Source: Mustelus asterias
Taxonomy: Eukaryota
Length of the DNA stretch: 64,000 nucleotides
Direction: 5' to 3'
Assembly (NCBI RefSeq): GCF_964213995.1
Contig: NW_027590151.1
Span: forward strand, 744,001 to 808,000
In this document: one piece after another, positions 12,644 through 23,676 of the stretch
Layout: each line of letters starts with the position of its first letter
Numbering within the stretch: position 1 is the stretch's first letter
Notes under the pieces: generated by a model
What the model saw: the letters and a program-made list of their open reading frames with translations, nothing else
What the model was told of the DNA's origin: nothing
Databases searched by the model: none
Position numbers and translations under genes: made by a program

Positions 12644-13994
12644 CAACACAAACAGATCAGCCATGATGTAAATAAACGGTGGAGCAGACTCAAAGGGCCA
12701 AATGGCCAACTTCTGCTCCAATGTCGAATGTTGGTCACAAATTTCTGAGAATTGTGAAACAAGGCTGGAAGATTCACCTTGCTTGTGTTCGTGGGAAAAT
12801 GTCCAGGAGAACCATCACTGTGAAGGACAGTTCTGGGATTAAAAGGTTGCCAGATTGGAAAAGGAAAACAATGGAAATAAACTCTTGGGGAGTAAAGAAT
12901 CACTTTGGGCTCATTCTTGGAGAATTGAGTGTGAACATTCCAAGATGGAATAAAATATACCCATTGAGTGCGACATTTGATGGTGTTAAGAGTAAAAGGG
13001 CAAAGTTCAATTTTACAGTTTAAGGGTTATGTTCCCGACAAAAAAGTGTTTAGTCATTGTTGCTTCCAGTTTGTTGGAGGAGAAGTCATAAAACTTGAAG
13101 TTTTGTCATGTGATTCTTTGATTTACTCATTGAGTTTAGAATTCATTTCTCTAAATTATTGATCATTACAGAGATCCTAATAATTCATTCAAAGCCCTGT
13201 GTTTTGACTTCCCATTTGAGCCTGGGGCACCTTTCTGTCTCTCTATTGCTCTTGTCAATGACAGCCAGGCGACGGAGCTGAGGGCTGAATTTAGCTGAGA
13301 ATAATGAGGCCTGCGGCCCAGTTGGAAAACTGCAATGTATGTTGCAGTAATCGAGAGACAGGAAGGTGCTGGAGGACTGAGTGAGAAATGGGCCTCCAAC
13401 CAATTGTTATATCGGTCACTCAGAGCTAAAGAGAAACTCGTCTCTTTAAATACATATACAGGGAAGAGGCTGCAATGAAATCTGCCCCTTTTAACACGCA
13501 CAAAAGCTGGAGGATGAGATTGACAGGCTACAGGAGGACTCCATTCAGCCCATCGTCCTCCTGTTATCTCTTTGAAAGAACTCTCTGATTCATCCAACTG
13601 CACTGTTTTTTCCCCAAATTCTTCCCACTCAAGTCTTTACCCTTTGGAGGTAAACTATTGAATCTGCTTTCAGGCAGATCAGAACAACTCAGTGTCAAAA
13701 AATAAAATCTCATCTCCCCCTCTGGCTCCTTTGCCAATTCCTTAGAGGGATGACTTTCTGTTAAAGAGCCTGCCAACCCCTCTCACCCACTTTCCCTAAA
13801 GTGCATCAATCTCATCAGGAAAAGTCCAGAAAAATCAAATATTTTTACTGATAAAAGTTTATTAATGAAACAGAACATGGTTAAAACAAACAGAAAATGA
13901 CTTGAGGATCAAAGACAACCAGAGTAAAAGGATGTTCACAATGTTCTGGACACAAATGGTTTCTCTTTAATTCATCTGTAGCCTGTTCCCTGCC

Positions 13995-14620
13995 CTCTTT
14001 GTGGAACACCTCCGCTCAGCCCACAAGCATCACCCTGACCTTCCGCTTGCCATTAGAATTCACCACCTTGCTCTCACACTCACATTTCTGTCCTCGGCCT
14101 GCTGCAATGTTCCGGAGAAGCCCAACACAAGCTGGACAAACAGCCCCTCATCTTCCGATGAGGCACTTTACAGCCTTCTGGATTCAACATTTAGGTCAAC
14201 AACTTCACACCCTGAACTCTCTCCTACATTTCGATTTGTTTTGTTTTGCCGAGTGCCAGTCTACACCTTGTTTTCATGTTTTTTGCTTCCAGACAGAGCT
14301 GTCCTTTATTCTGCCATTAACACTTACTGTGGACCAATGCTTTGTTTCTTTACCACAAACATTACCCCTCCCTTTGCCTTGGGTTCCGGGATATTTTTGT
14401 CATTTAATCTCACCCACCCCCTAACCAATTCCTGACTTTCCCTTTTGTTCTCCCTGCCCCTCCCCCCTTTCTCAGCAGCATCAAACCCATCACATTTCTC
14501 CCTCTCTTTAGTTCTGAAGTAGAGTTTCATTGGACGTGAAACATTATCTCTGTTTCTCTCTCCACAGATGCTGCCAGACCTGCTGTGTTTTTTCAGTTCT
14601 TTCTGTATTTATTTTTGATC
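13995..14620 (+). mobile_element. Penelope-like element 3' remnant
   Basis: Frameshifted GIY-YIG C-terminus (EHLRSAHKHHPDLP / NSPPCSHTHISVLGLLQC..LIFR*GTLQPSGFNI), degenerate hammerhead at ~14513 and PLE tail. Confidence 0.7.
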
Positions 14621-14881
14621 TACCTGTAGTGGTAGGAAAAACACTATTTACTATCCAGGATAAAATAAATGTCCTCCATCAGCTTTTGTGGATCATTTCA
14701 GTGGAAATGTGCTCTCCCAGGCTCAAAGAGCATCAGCCCATTGGAAGCAAAGTTGTGAGACCGGCCAGTCCAGCAGAAAGAAACCCTCCGACCCTCCCAC
14801 TTCACCAAGTGTCAGAATGAACATGGTTCAGTCCTGGATGTGGTTAACAGCAACAATAACAGCAGAATCCAACTCCTGTCA

Positions 14882-15724
14882 TCACTTGTGAACTCGCTGG
14901 TGTCTCTGCAGGGATGTTGACTGAGTGAATCCCTTTCCACATACAGAACAGGTGAATGGTCTCTCCCCAGTGTGAACTCGAACGTGTACCTGCAGTCTGG
15001 ATAACTGAGTGAATCCCTTCCCACAGTGAGAGCAGGTAAACAGCCCCTCCCCAGTGTGAACCCGCTGCTGTGTCAGCAGGCTGGATGCCCGGGTGAATCC
15101 CTTTCCACACACACAGCAGATAAATGGCCTCTCCCCAATGTGAGTTCGCTGGTGTTCCCGCAGGTTGAATGAATCAGTGAATCCCTTCCCACACACAGAG
15201 CAGGTGAATGGTTTCTCCCCAGTGTGAATTCGCTGGTGTCTCTGCAGGTGGGATGATGTTCTAAACCTCTTTGTGCAGTGAGAGCAGCTGAACGGCCTCT
15301 CCTCGGTGTGAATGTGCTGGTGGTCCCTCAGATCCTGAGACCTTTTGAATTCACTCCCACAGTCGGAGCATTTAAAGGGTCTCTCACTGGTGTGAACTCG
15401 CTGGTGTTCCTGCAGGTTGGATGTTGATCTAAATCTCTTTGAGCATTGAGAGCAGCTGAACGGTTTCTCCTCAGTGTGAATTCGCTCGTGTCTCAGCAGT
15501 TCCTGCGACCTTTTGAAGCTGCTCCCACAGTCGGAGCATTTAAAGGGTCTCTCATTGGTGAGAGTGACTTTGTGGTTCAACAACTTGGAGAAATAAGTGA
15601 ATCCCATGCCACACACAGAGCAGGTGAATGGCCACTCCTCAGTGTGAATACGTCGATGAATTTCCAGCCGAGATGGGAATCTGAATCCCTTCCCACAGTC
15701 CCCACATTTCCACGGTTTCTCCAT
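14882..15724 (-). CDS. C2H2 zinc-finger protein, 10 finger units (2 lack a His ligand)
   Basis: ACCATGG start at 15724 (the ORF track starts at an upstream TTG). TNERP/TEE(K/R)P/TSERP linkers make it a paralog of the 55995 gene. Acceptor at ~16080. Confidence 0.88.
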   Translation of the reverse strand: MEKPWKCGDCGKGFRFPSRLEIHRRIHTEEWPFTCSVCGMGFTYFSKLLNHKVTLTNERPFKCSDCGSSFKRSQELLRHERIHTEEKPFSCSQCSKRFRSTSNLQEHQRVHTSERPFKCSDCGSEFKRSQDLRDHQHIHTEERPFSCSHCTKRFRTSSHLQRHQRIHTGEKPFTCSVCGKGFTDSFNLREHQRTHIGERPFICCVCGKGFTRASSLLTQQRVHTGEGLFTCSHCGKGFTQLSRLQVHVRVHTGERPFTCSVCGKGFTQSTSLQRHQRVHK

Positions 15725-16539
15725 GGTGCGGGTGTCCTTGTGACTCTCCAGGTTAAACAATCAGTTAAACCTCACACAGAACACAGGTACAGTCTCTGCC
15801 CACTGTGAATGCTGTGATGTATTTTCAGGCTATATAACTGGTTAAAGCTCTTTCCACAGTCAGTGCACTGGAACACTCTCACTCGGGTGTGTGTGCGTTG
15901 GTGCATTTCCAGTCACACTGACGTTTAACGCCTTCTGAAGCAGACAGAACAGAGAAACATTTCTCCTTCTAGATGCAAAGGCCGATGGTATTCAGGTCCA
16001 GATGAATTGAGCGACTGTCAAATCTTGATGTGGCATATGGTTTGGGATTCTGTCAATGGATCCTAACCTTCTGATATCCTATAAAAGGAGTTTGCAGCAG
16101 ACATCAGAGTCACTACGGGATCAAAATTCAGAACAGATAATTCTAGTTTCGATAGAACATTCTTTCCCCACTCATTCCCCTAAATCTGTAAGTTGGTTAA
16201 GATATGGGGGTAGTGATTAGTCATGCTCCTGAACTTGCTGCCTGTGAGGGTAGTCAAGCAGAGATGATCAGTAATTTCTCAATGAGATTGGATGGGTGCT
16301 GCAGGAGTACAGAATGGGACCCTCTCCAGACTGACAGAATTGCTCGACAGAGAGTCAGCAGGGCCTCGAATTGTCCAATGGACTCCTCCTCTGCTGTAAT
16401 GACTCTGACTAGAAATATATAACGTAGCTACAGTACTACATTACAAGACAAGAAATAATAATAAATGTACTTTATTATAGATCCATCCAATATTTATCAC
16501 ATAACCACACTGTCATAATTCTGTCCTCAGAGTTTTAAA

Positions 16540-17770
16540 GCACAGCAAGAGGCCCTTTGACCCATCGTATTTGTGCTAGCTCTCAAGCACCAATCTGTTC
16601 TAATCCCACCTTTCACCACTTGGTCAGTAGCAGCCTTATATGTTATGGCACTTCAAGTACTTATCTAAATGCTTCTTAATGTTGAGCGTTCCCACCTCTC
16701 TCACCCTTTCAGGCAGTGAGTTCCAGATTCCCACCACCCTCTGGGTGAAAATCTTTTCCCTCAAATCCCCTCTAAATTTCCTGCCCCTCACTTAAATCTA
16801 TGTCCCTGGATATTGACCCAGCTACTAAAGGTCAGTGGACTGAGGGATCATATTTTTGTACATCTCAATCAGGCCCCCCCCTCAGCCTTCTCTGCTTTAG
16901 GGAGACCAATTCGAGCCTAACCAGCCTCTCTTCATGACTGACACGTTCCAGCCCAGGCAACATCCTGGTGAATCTCCTCTGCACCTTCTCCAGTGCAATC
17001 ACATCCTTCCTAAAGTGTGGCGACCCGAACTGCAAACAGTACTCCAGCATTTTATACACTCAATCATAACCTGCCTGCTGAAATATTTGATGCCTTGGCT
17101 AAAAAAGACAAGTATCCCATATCCCTTCTTAACCAGTTCATCAATCTGTCCTGCTGTCTTCGGGGTCCAATGGACATGCACCCCAAGGTCCCTCTGGTCT
17201 TCTGTACTTCCTGGCGTCCTATTGTTCATTATCTGTTCCTTTTTTTTAATACTTTTCCAATTCAATCAAATCAAATCCAATTCAGAGTCCCAACAAGTTG
17301 AGACACCCCAGATCCAGGCCGACAAGACAGGGCGAGCGACCAAACCACCCTGTCCCGGGCCCGATCCACATGAGCCAAGCTGATTGGAGAAGGGGGAGGC
17401 TCCTCCTCCAAGACTTGAACCCATCTGCACCTCAGCCAAAAGGCCGAGATGACGCTTTAAAAAATTGCTTCATATGAAACACATGAAGCCCCAGCGCAAC
17501 CCAATGACCCCGACCAAGTGCGGCCGACCATGGGCTGCCGACCACACTACACCCGATCTCAGCCAAAAGGCCGAGTTCCTTTGCCTTGTTAGTCCTTCCA
17601 AAATGCATCACCTCAGACATTTCAGGGTTAAATCACATTTGCCACTGTTCTGCCCACCTAACCAGCTCGTCCACATCATCCTGTAATCTAAGGTTTTCCT
17701 CCTCGCTATTTACCACATCACCAATTTTTGGACCATCAGCAAACTCACTGATCGAACCCCCACATTCATA
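16540..17770 (-). mobile_element. Degenerate CR1 LINE interrupted by the U2-headed element
   Basis: LEYCLQFGSPHFRKDVIALEKVQRRFTRMLPGL and QRDLGVHVH; SEVMHFGRTNK resumes after 17576. Confidence 0.85.
17243..17575 (-). mobile_element. U2 snRNA-headed short retroposon (SINEU-like), dimeric U2 head
   Basis: Reverse strand begins CTCGGCCTTTTGGCTGAGATCGGGTGTAGT (U2 5' end is CTCGGCCTTTTGGCTAAGATCAAGTGTAGT). Second CTCGGCCTTTTGGCTGAG at 17431-17448. A-rich 3' tail. TTCCTTT duplicated at 17236-17242 and 17576-17582. Confidence 0.8.
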
Positions 17771-17779
17771 TCCACAGGA

Positions 17780-19000
17780 AACTCCGCGCGGCCATTGACA
17801 CAGGGCCCGGACTCTGATTGGCTGGAGGACCAGCGTTCATCCGGTCCTCCAGGCGTTGCCATTGGTCAATCTGCCGCATGTGGACAATGAGGGGGCGGAA
17901 CCCGAGCCCACGTGGGGGTGGGCGGGGCTCAGCCAGCACACGGGGACTCATCCAGCCCACCCCTCCGCCATCGAGCACGTCCCCAATTCAGGTCACCCCG
18001 GCGTCCACAGCCCTCCTCTCCGCCAGCCACCTGAAGTCATACGGCTGGAGGAGCGGATTCCTGAGCAGCGGCTCTCGCACGAGAGCTGCTACTCCTGACG
18101 GGGGAGAGCTGCGTCGCAAGGCGACCTTGTTCCAGACAGTGAGGAGGTCCTGGTAAAAGACGGTGGCTGAGCCAGGATGGGGCCGTTAACCTGGGCCTGT
18201 TCCCGGGAGGGAGGGAGGGAGGGAGGGAGAAGCCCCGCAGCTGCAAACCAGGGAGCTGACAATGATTCTGAAGGGTTTGCGGATCCACAAAGTGTTTCCA
18301 AATCCTCCCAGCCACCGCCTAACGCTGACTCCGCTTCTCCGGGACAAACAAGCGCCAAGGACAGCAATGACACTGCGCATGCTCCACATCACAATGCCCC
18401 GGGGACAGATTGACGGCTGCTTCGGACCAATAGGAAGAGGGGGCGGGGCTGGAGGATCAAGCAAGAGAGGCTGGTCCTCCATCCAATCGGAGTGAATGAG
18501 GGGCGGGTCTGGAGGACCCAACAGGAGCGGCTGGTCCTCCAGCCAATCGGAGTGAATGAGGGGCGGGGCTGAGGCGTCCCCATACAACGCACGGGAAGTA
18601 GTTCGCATGCGCAGTAATGTTACAGTCTGGAGCATGCGCATTAAGCAACGGCGTTTGCAGCACGCGCAATGTGGGTGATAGCAATCGGAGCGAAGTTCCT
18701 CTGTCTCATCAGCAGCCGGTAAGGATGCGGAAACATAGAGGGAGTAATGGAACCGGCGGATGGACGTAGAGGGTTCCTAAATACCTGGTCAAGGCCTCAA
18801 ATCTCGAAAATGAGCCCGTCGGTCTGTGTTTGCAGCTTCCGGTCTTTTTCCCGAGCCGAGGCTCAGGTTAACGGCCGCCATCTTGATTCAGCAGGGAGGA
18901 GAGCGCATGCGCGGTGTCTTGGTGACGCAACAGCGAGTGGGCGGGGCTTCACGTTTCTGCTTCCCCTCCAGGTCCTAGCTCCCGGTTTTATAGCACAATG
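17780..19000. promoter_or_regulatory. CpG island, bidirectional promoter between the 15724(-) and 21715(+) ZNF genes
   Basis: Multiple GCGCATGCGC/NRF1-like sites, YY1-like GCCGCCATCTTG (~18874), tandem CCAATCGGAGTGAATGAGGGGCGGG modules, GGAGGACC/GGTCCTCC palindromes. Confidence 0.75.
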
Positions 19001-19181
19001 AGCAATAGGTTTCTCAACAGCTTCACCCACCCAGGCTGCAGCTGCTGTTTGCAGCCTCGATGAGTCCATGGGCCATGTCCATATTCAGTGTGAGAGGTTG
19101 CAATCCCTGTATAGTTACCTAAAGCGGTTACACAGCTTTTGGTTACACTTCAGCCCCAGGCTCCTCATGTTTACATAGAAA

Positions 19182-19304
19182 CATGATGTGGAGATGCCGG
19201 CGTTGGACTCGGGTGAACACAGTAAGAAGTCTCACAGCACCAGGTTAAAGTCCAACAGGTTTATTTTGTATTTGCTACCAAGTAAACCTGGTGAGACTTC
19301 TTAC
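19182..19304. mobile_element. Mini Penelope terminus with inverted ends
   Basis: CATGATGTGGAGATGCCGGCGTTGGAC start; GTAAGAAGTCTCAC...GTGAGACTTCTTAC inverted; TTACATAGAAACAT occurs at both junctions. Confidence 0.7.
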
Positions 19305-19594
19305 ATAGAAACATACACAGAAAATAGAAGCTGGGAGTCGGCCGTTCGGCCCTTCGAGCATGCGCCGCCATTCATTATTGTCATGGCTGATTATCAAATT
19401 CAATACCCTGATCCCTGTCGCCCCAAGAGATTTATCTAATTGAAATCAGACTCTACTTCCACTTTTGAAGAACGTGAATTCAAAGATTCATGACCCTCTG
19501 AGAGAAAAACTTCTCATCTCTGTTTTCAATGGGCAATGCTGTTTTTTAAAACAGCGACTCCCTCGATTCTCCCCTGAGAGTAAACATCCTCTCC

Positions 19595-20025
19595 AGATCC
19601 AAAAGAGAAAATGCTGGAAAGTCTCAGCAGGTCAGGCAGCACCTTTTCTCCCCCTTTGCTTCCCCTTTCCCCCTTTTTCTCAATTTTGCCTCCCTCCAAT
19701 CCACCCCCCCCCCCCCCCCCCCATCTTCATCCATCACAACTTCTTCAGCTTCTCTGCTGTTTGGCCATTCACGCTTTCTATTCTCTCTATGGACTGCCAT
19801 TAGCATCCTTTCCCCTGGTTCCTGTGGCTTGGACCCATCTTTCATTCCCTCACAGTGTAAACATCTCCCACTTTCTATGCCTTTTTTATGCTTTGACAAA
19901 AGGTCATCTGGACTCGAAGCTTCAGCTCTTTTCTCTCCCCCACAGATGCTACCAGACCTGCTGAGATTTTCCAGCATTTTCTCTTTTGGTTTCAGACTCC
20001 AGCATCCGCAGTAATTTGCTTTTAC
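19595..20025 (+). mobile_element. Penelope-derived element with inverted 5' copy of its tail, inserted in CR1
   Basis: 19595-19641 is the reverse complement of ~19945-19995; degenerate hammerhead at ~19892-19920; long C run at 19703-19722. Confidence 0.6.
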
Positions 20026-20824
20026 CCTTCTCTCCATATCCACCCTGTCAAGAGTTTTCAGAATCTTGAAGGTTTAAATTAAGTTGCCTCTTACTCTTTT
20101 GAAGTCGAGCAGAAGCTAAACTCGAGCAGAGACTGTCTCACTGCTCCTCATCAGACAATCCACCTATTCCAGGTGTTAGTCTACTAAACCTACTATGAAC
20201 TGCTTCTCATAAAGCAGTTAAAGAATAATATGCACTCATATTTTTCCTTAAATAAGGAAACCGATAATGTACACACTGCTCCAGATATGTCTAACCAATG
20301 CCCTGTGCAACTGAAACATAACTTCACTGCTTTTACTCAATTCCCCTCATAATAAATAATAGCTTTCTGAATTACTTGTACCTGAGATAATATTGCGATT
20401 TTCTATCGTGATGGATTTTGGACACTTTTTCTTAAACAGGGGGTTAGAAAGGGAGGATTTACACACAAGCTCAAACCAAGAGTTGTCTCTTCTGATATGG
20501 GCTTTCTGAATGGGATAAGTCGGAGGATGTGAATGGAATGTTTCCACTTGTTGGTGTTTCCAATACTGGGAACCATGAACAGACAACAGAGATGAATAAA
20601 TCAAACAGGAGGAGATATTTATTTCTTGTTAGAATATGGAACTCACTGCGACTGGAAGTGGTTGAGACAAATACTTTAGATGCTTTAAAAAGGAAACCAG
20701 ATGAGAACATGAGAGAAAAGGGATTAAAAAGTTGAGTTGAGGTGAGCAGAATGAGAGGAGATTTGTGTGGATTAGAAATTCCAGTACAGATCAGGGCAGG
20801 GGTGGGGGGGTGAGGGGTGGCGGC

Positions 20825-21170
20825 GGAGGCAGTGGCACAGTGGAACTATCACTGGACTAGCAATCCAGAGACCCAGGATAATGTTCTGGGGACCTAGGTT
20901 CGAATCACCACAGCAGATGGTGAAATTTAAATTCAATTAAAAGTCTGATGATGACCATGAAACCATTGTTGATTGTCGTAAAAGCCCATCTGGTTCACTG
21001 ATGTCCTTTAAGGATGGAAATCTGCTGGCCTTAACTGGTCTGGCCTACATGTAACCCACAGCAATGTGGTTGACTCTCAAATGCCCTGTGAAATGGAGGG
21101 CAGTTGGGGATGGGCAATAAATGCTGTCCCAGTCGGCGACGCCCACACCCCGTTAAAAATGAATTTAAAA
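20825..21170 (+). mobile_element. Second tRNA-derived SINE family with GGGCAATAAATGCTG...GACGCCCAC tail
   Basis: GGCACAGTGG..GGACTAG..AATCCAGAG..GGTTCGAATC head. Homologous copies at 23740-24092 (+), 52880-53320 (+), 54305-54680 (-) and 59900-60280 (-). Confidence 0.75.
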
Positions 21171-21210
21171 ATTAGACTGGCCTGTTTGTGTTTTGTGTAT
21201 CTCATGTATT

Positions 21211-21500
21211 CATAGAATCTCTACAGTGCAGAAGGAGGCCTTTCAGACCATCCCACCCAGGCATATTCCGTAACCCCACATATTTACCCTGCTTATCTCC
21301 CTAACCTACACATCTTGGGACAGAAAGGGGCAACCACCTAACCCACACATCTTTGGAGAGTGGGAGGAAACTGGAGCACCCGGAGGAAACCCACACAGAC
21401 ACGAGGAGAATGCGCAAACTCCAGACAGACAGGTAACCAAGGCCACAATCGAACCCAGGTCCCTGGTGCTGTGAGGCAGGAGTACGAACCACTCTGCCAT
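21211..21500 (-). mobile_element. HE1/V-SINE-like SINE just upstream of a ZNF acceptor
   Basis: Reverse copy of the SINE consensus seen elsewhere in the window. Confidence 0.85.
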
Positions 21501-21714
21501 CCATGTAATTCTTTGTAAACTTATTTTGCAGGAAATTGAAGAGAAGGATCTGCAGTCTGGATGATCGAATCTCACGTCAGACAGAGTCAATCGGTTCATC
21601 GGGATCTGAAGATTTGTACATCTGAAGGGATTTAATTGACCATCTCAGTTGGAAACTGGTGAGAATCTGTTTCCTTGCTCCTCCTGTGGGAAGGGATTGA
21701 TACAGCTGGGAAAC

Positions 21715-23676
21715 ATGCTGACACAACAGCGAGCTCGCAATAGTGAGAGTTCATTCACCTGCTCCGTGTGTGGGAAGAAATTCATGTGTTCGTCCAACCT
21801 GCTGGCTCACCAACTCGATCACATTGATGAGAAGCCTCTTCAAAGCTCTGACTCTGAGGACAGCGTTGAGACGCCTGAGGAACAGGCCCAACACCAGCTC
21901 CTTCACACTGACGAGAGACCGTTCAGCTGCTCCCACTGCGGGAAGAGGTTCAGCCAGTCCTCCCGCCTTGCAGAGCACCAGCTCCTTCACACACACGAGA
22001 GACCGTTCAGCTGCTCTCACTGTGGGGAGTCGTTCGGCGACTCAGTGCATCTCACTGAGCATCAACCAGTTCATACCAAGGACAGGCCATTCAGCTGCTC
22101 CCAGTGTGGGAAGAGATTCACTCAGTCCTCCCACTGCACCGTTCACCAACTGGTTCATTCTCAGAAGAGACATTTTAAATGTTTTAAATGTGAGAAGACC
22201 TTCAAAAGAAGGATTAGTCTGCTGAGACACCAGGACACTCACACTGGGGAGAAGCCGTACCCCTGTTCTGTTTGTGGGAAGAGATTCGCTCATTCATCTC
22301 ATCTTCTGACACACAAGCGAGTTCACACTGGGGAGAGGCCTTTCCTCTGCTCCCTGCGTGGGAAGGGATTCACTCGATTTTCACACCTTTTGACACACAA
22401 GAGTATTCACACTGGAGGGAAACCATTCACCTCCTCAATGTGTAGAAAGGAAGAAGTTCAATCATCTGACCAGCTGACACACCAGCGAGTTCACACTGGG
22501 GAGAAGCTGTTCACCTGCTCGGTGTGTGGGAAGGAATTCACTCGGTCTTACTATCTTCTGAGGCACCAGCGAGTTCACACTGGGGAGAGGCCATTCCTCT
22601 GCTCCGTGTGTGGGAAGATGTTTCATTGTTCATCCCATCTTGTGATACACGAGCGTGTTCACACAGGGGAGAGGCCTTACGTTTGCCCTGTGTGCGGGAA
22701 AGCATTTGCTTCTTTACAACACCTGCTGAAACATCGGCCTGTTCACACCGGGGAGAGGGCGTTCATCTGCTCCGAGTGTGGGAAGGCTTTCACCGAGTCA
22801 TCCAGCCTCCGGACACACCGCCGCACTCACACAGGGGAGAAGCCGTTCTCTTGCTCCATTTGTGGCAAGAGATTCACCCAGTCATCTGACCTGCTGAGAC
22901 ACCAATACATTCACACAGGGGACAGGCCGTTCACCTGCTCTGTGTGTGGGAAGGGATTCATTGGTTCATCCCGCCTGCAGACACACCAGCGAGTTCACAC
23001 CGGGGAGAAGCCGTTCACCTGCTCTGTGTGTGGGAAGGGATTCACTCAGGTATCCAGCCTGCAGAGACACCAGCGAGTTCACACTGCGACAGAACCGTTC
23101 ACCTGCTCTCAGTGTGGGAAGGGATTCACTGATCCATCCCACCTGCAGAGACACCAGCGAGTTCACACTGGGGAGAAGCCGTTCACCTGCTCTGTGTGTG
23201 GGAAGGGATACACTCAGGTATCCAACCTGCAGAGACACCAGCGAGTTCACACTGGAGAGAGGCCGTTCCTGTGCTCTGTGTGTGGAAAGGGATTCGCTCA
23301 GTCGTCTAGCCTGCTGAGACACCAACGCATTCACACCGGGGAGAAGCCGTTCACCTGCTCTGTGTGTGGGAAGGGATTCACTGATTCATCCTATATGCTG
23401 AAACACCAGCGAGCTCACACTGCGACAGAACCGTTCACCTGCTCCCTGTGTGGGAAGGGATTCACTGATCCATCCCGTCTGCAGAGACACCAGCGAGTTC
23501 ACACTGGGGCAAAACCTTTCAACTGCTCCATGTGTGGGAAGGGATTCACTGATCCATCCCGCCTGCAGAGACACCAGCGAGTTCACACTGGGGCAAAACC
23601 GTTCAACTGCTCCATGTGTGGGAAGGGATTTACTCAGTATTACAGCCTGCTGAAACATAGACGACTTCATGTGTGA
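21715..23676 (+). CDS. C2H2 zinc-finger protein; the open frame from 21649 holds ~24 finger units (~20 intact)
   Basis: Open frame 21649..23676 (track start is TTG; first ATG at 21715). Acceptor TTATTTTGCAG at 21531. Degenerate units near the N-terminus and at CSLR/SSMC. Confidence 0.88.
   Translation: MLTQQRARNSESSFTCSVCGKKFMCSSNLLAHQLDHIDEKPLQSSDSEDSVETPEEQAQHQLLHTDERPFSCSHCGKRFSQSSRLAEHQLLHTHERPFSCSHCGESFGDSVHLTEHQPVHTKDRPFSCSQCGKRFTQSSHCTVHQLVHSQKRHFKCFKCEKTFKRRISLLRHQDTHTGEKPYPCSVCGKRFAHSSHLLTHKRVHTGERPFLCSLRGKGFTRFSHLLTHKSIHTGGKPFTSSMCRKEEVQSSDQLTHQRVHTGEKLFTCSVCGKEFTRSYYLLRHQRVHTGERPFLCSVCGKMFHCSSHLVIHERVHTGERPYVCPVCGKAFASLQHLLKHRPVHTGERAFICSECGKAFTESSSLRTHRRTHTGEKPFSCSICGKRFTQSSDLLRHQYIHTGDRPFTCSVCGKGFIGSSRLQTHQRVHTGEKPFTCSVCGKGFTQVSSLQRHQRVHTATEPFTCSQCGKGFTDPSHLQRHQRVHTGEKPFTCSVCGKGYTQVSNLQRHQRVHTGERPFLCSVCGKGFAQSSSLLRHQRIHTGEKPFTCSVCGKGFTDSSYMLKHQRAHTATEPFTCSLCGKGFTDPSRLQRHQRVHTGAKPFNCSMCGKGFTDPSRLQRHQRVHTGAKPFNCSMCGKGFTQYYSLLKHRRLHV

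Noticed and set aside
17431-17575. Functional U2 snRNA gene
   Set aside because: Only ~30 and ~20 nt match U2; the rest of the snRNA is absent.
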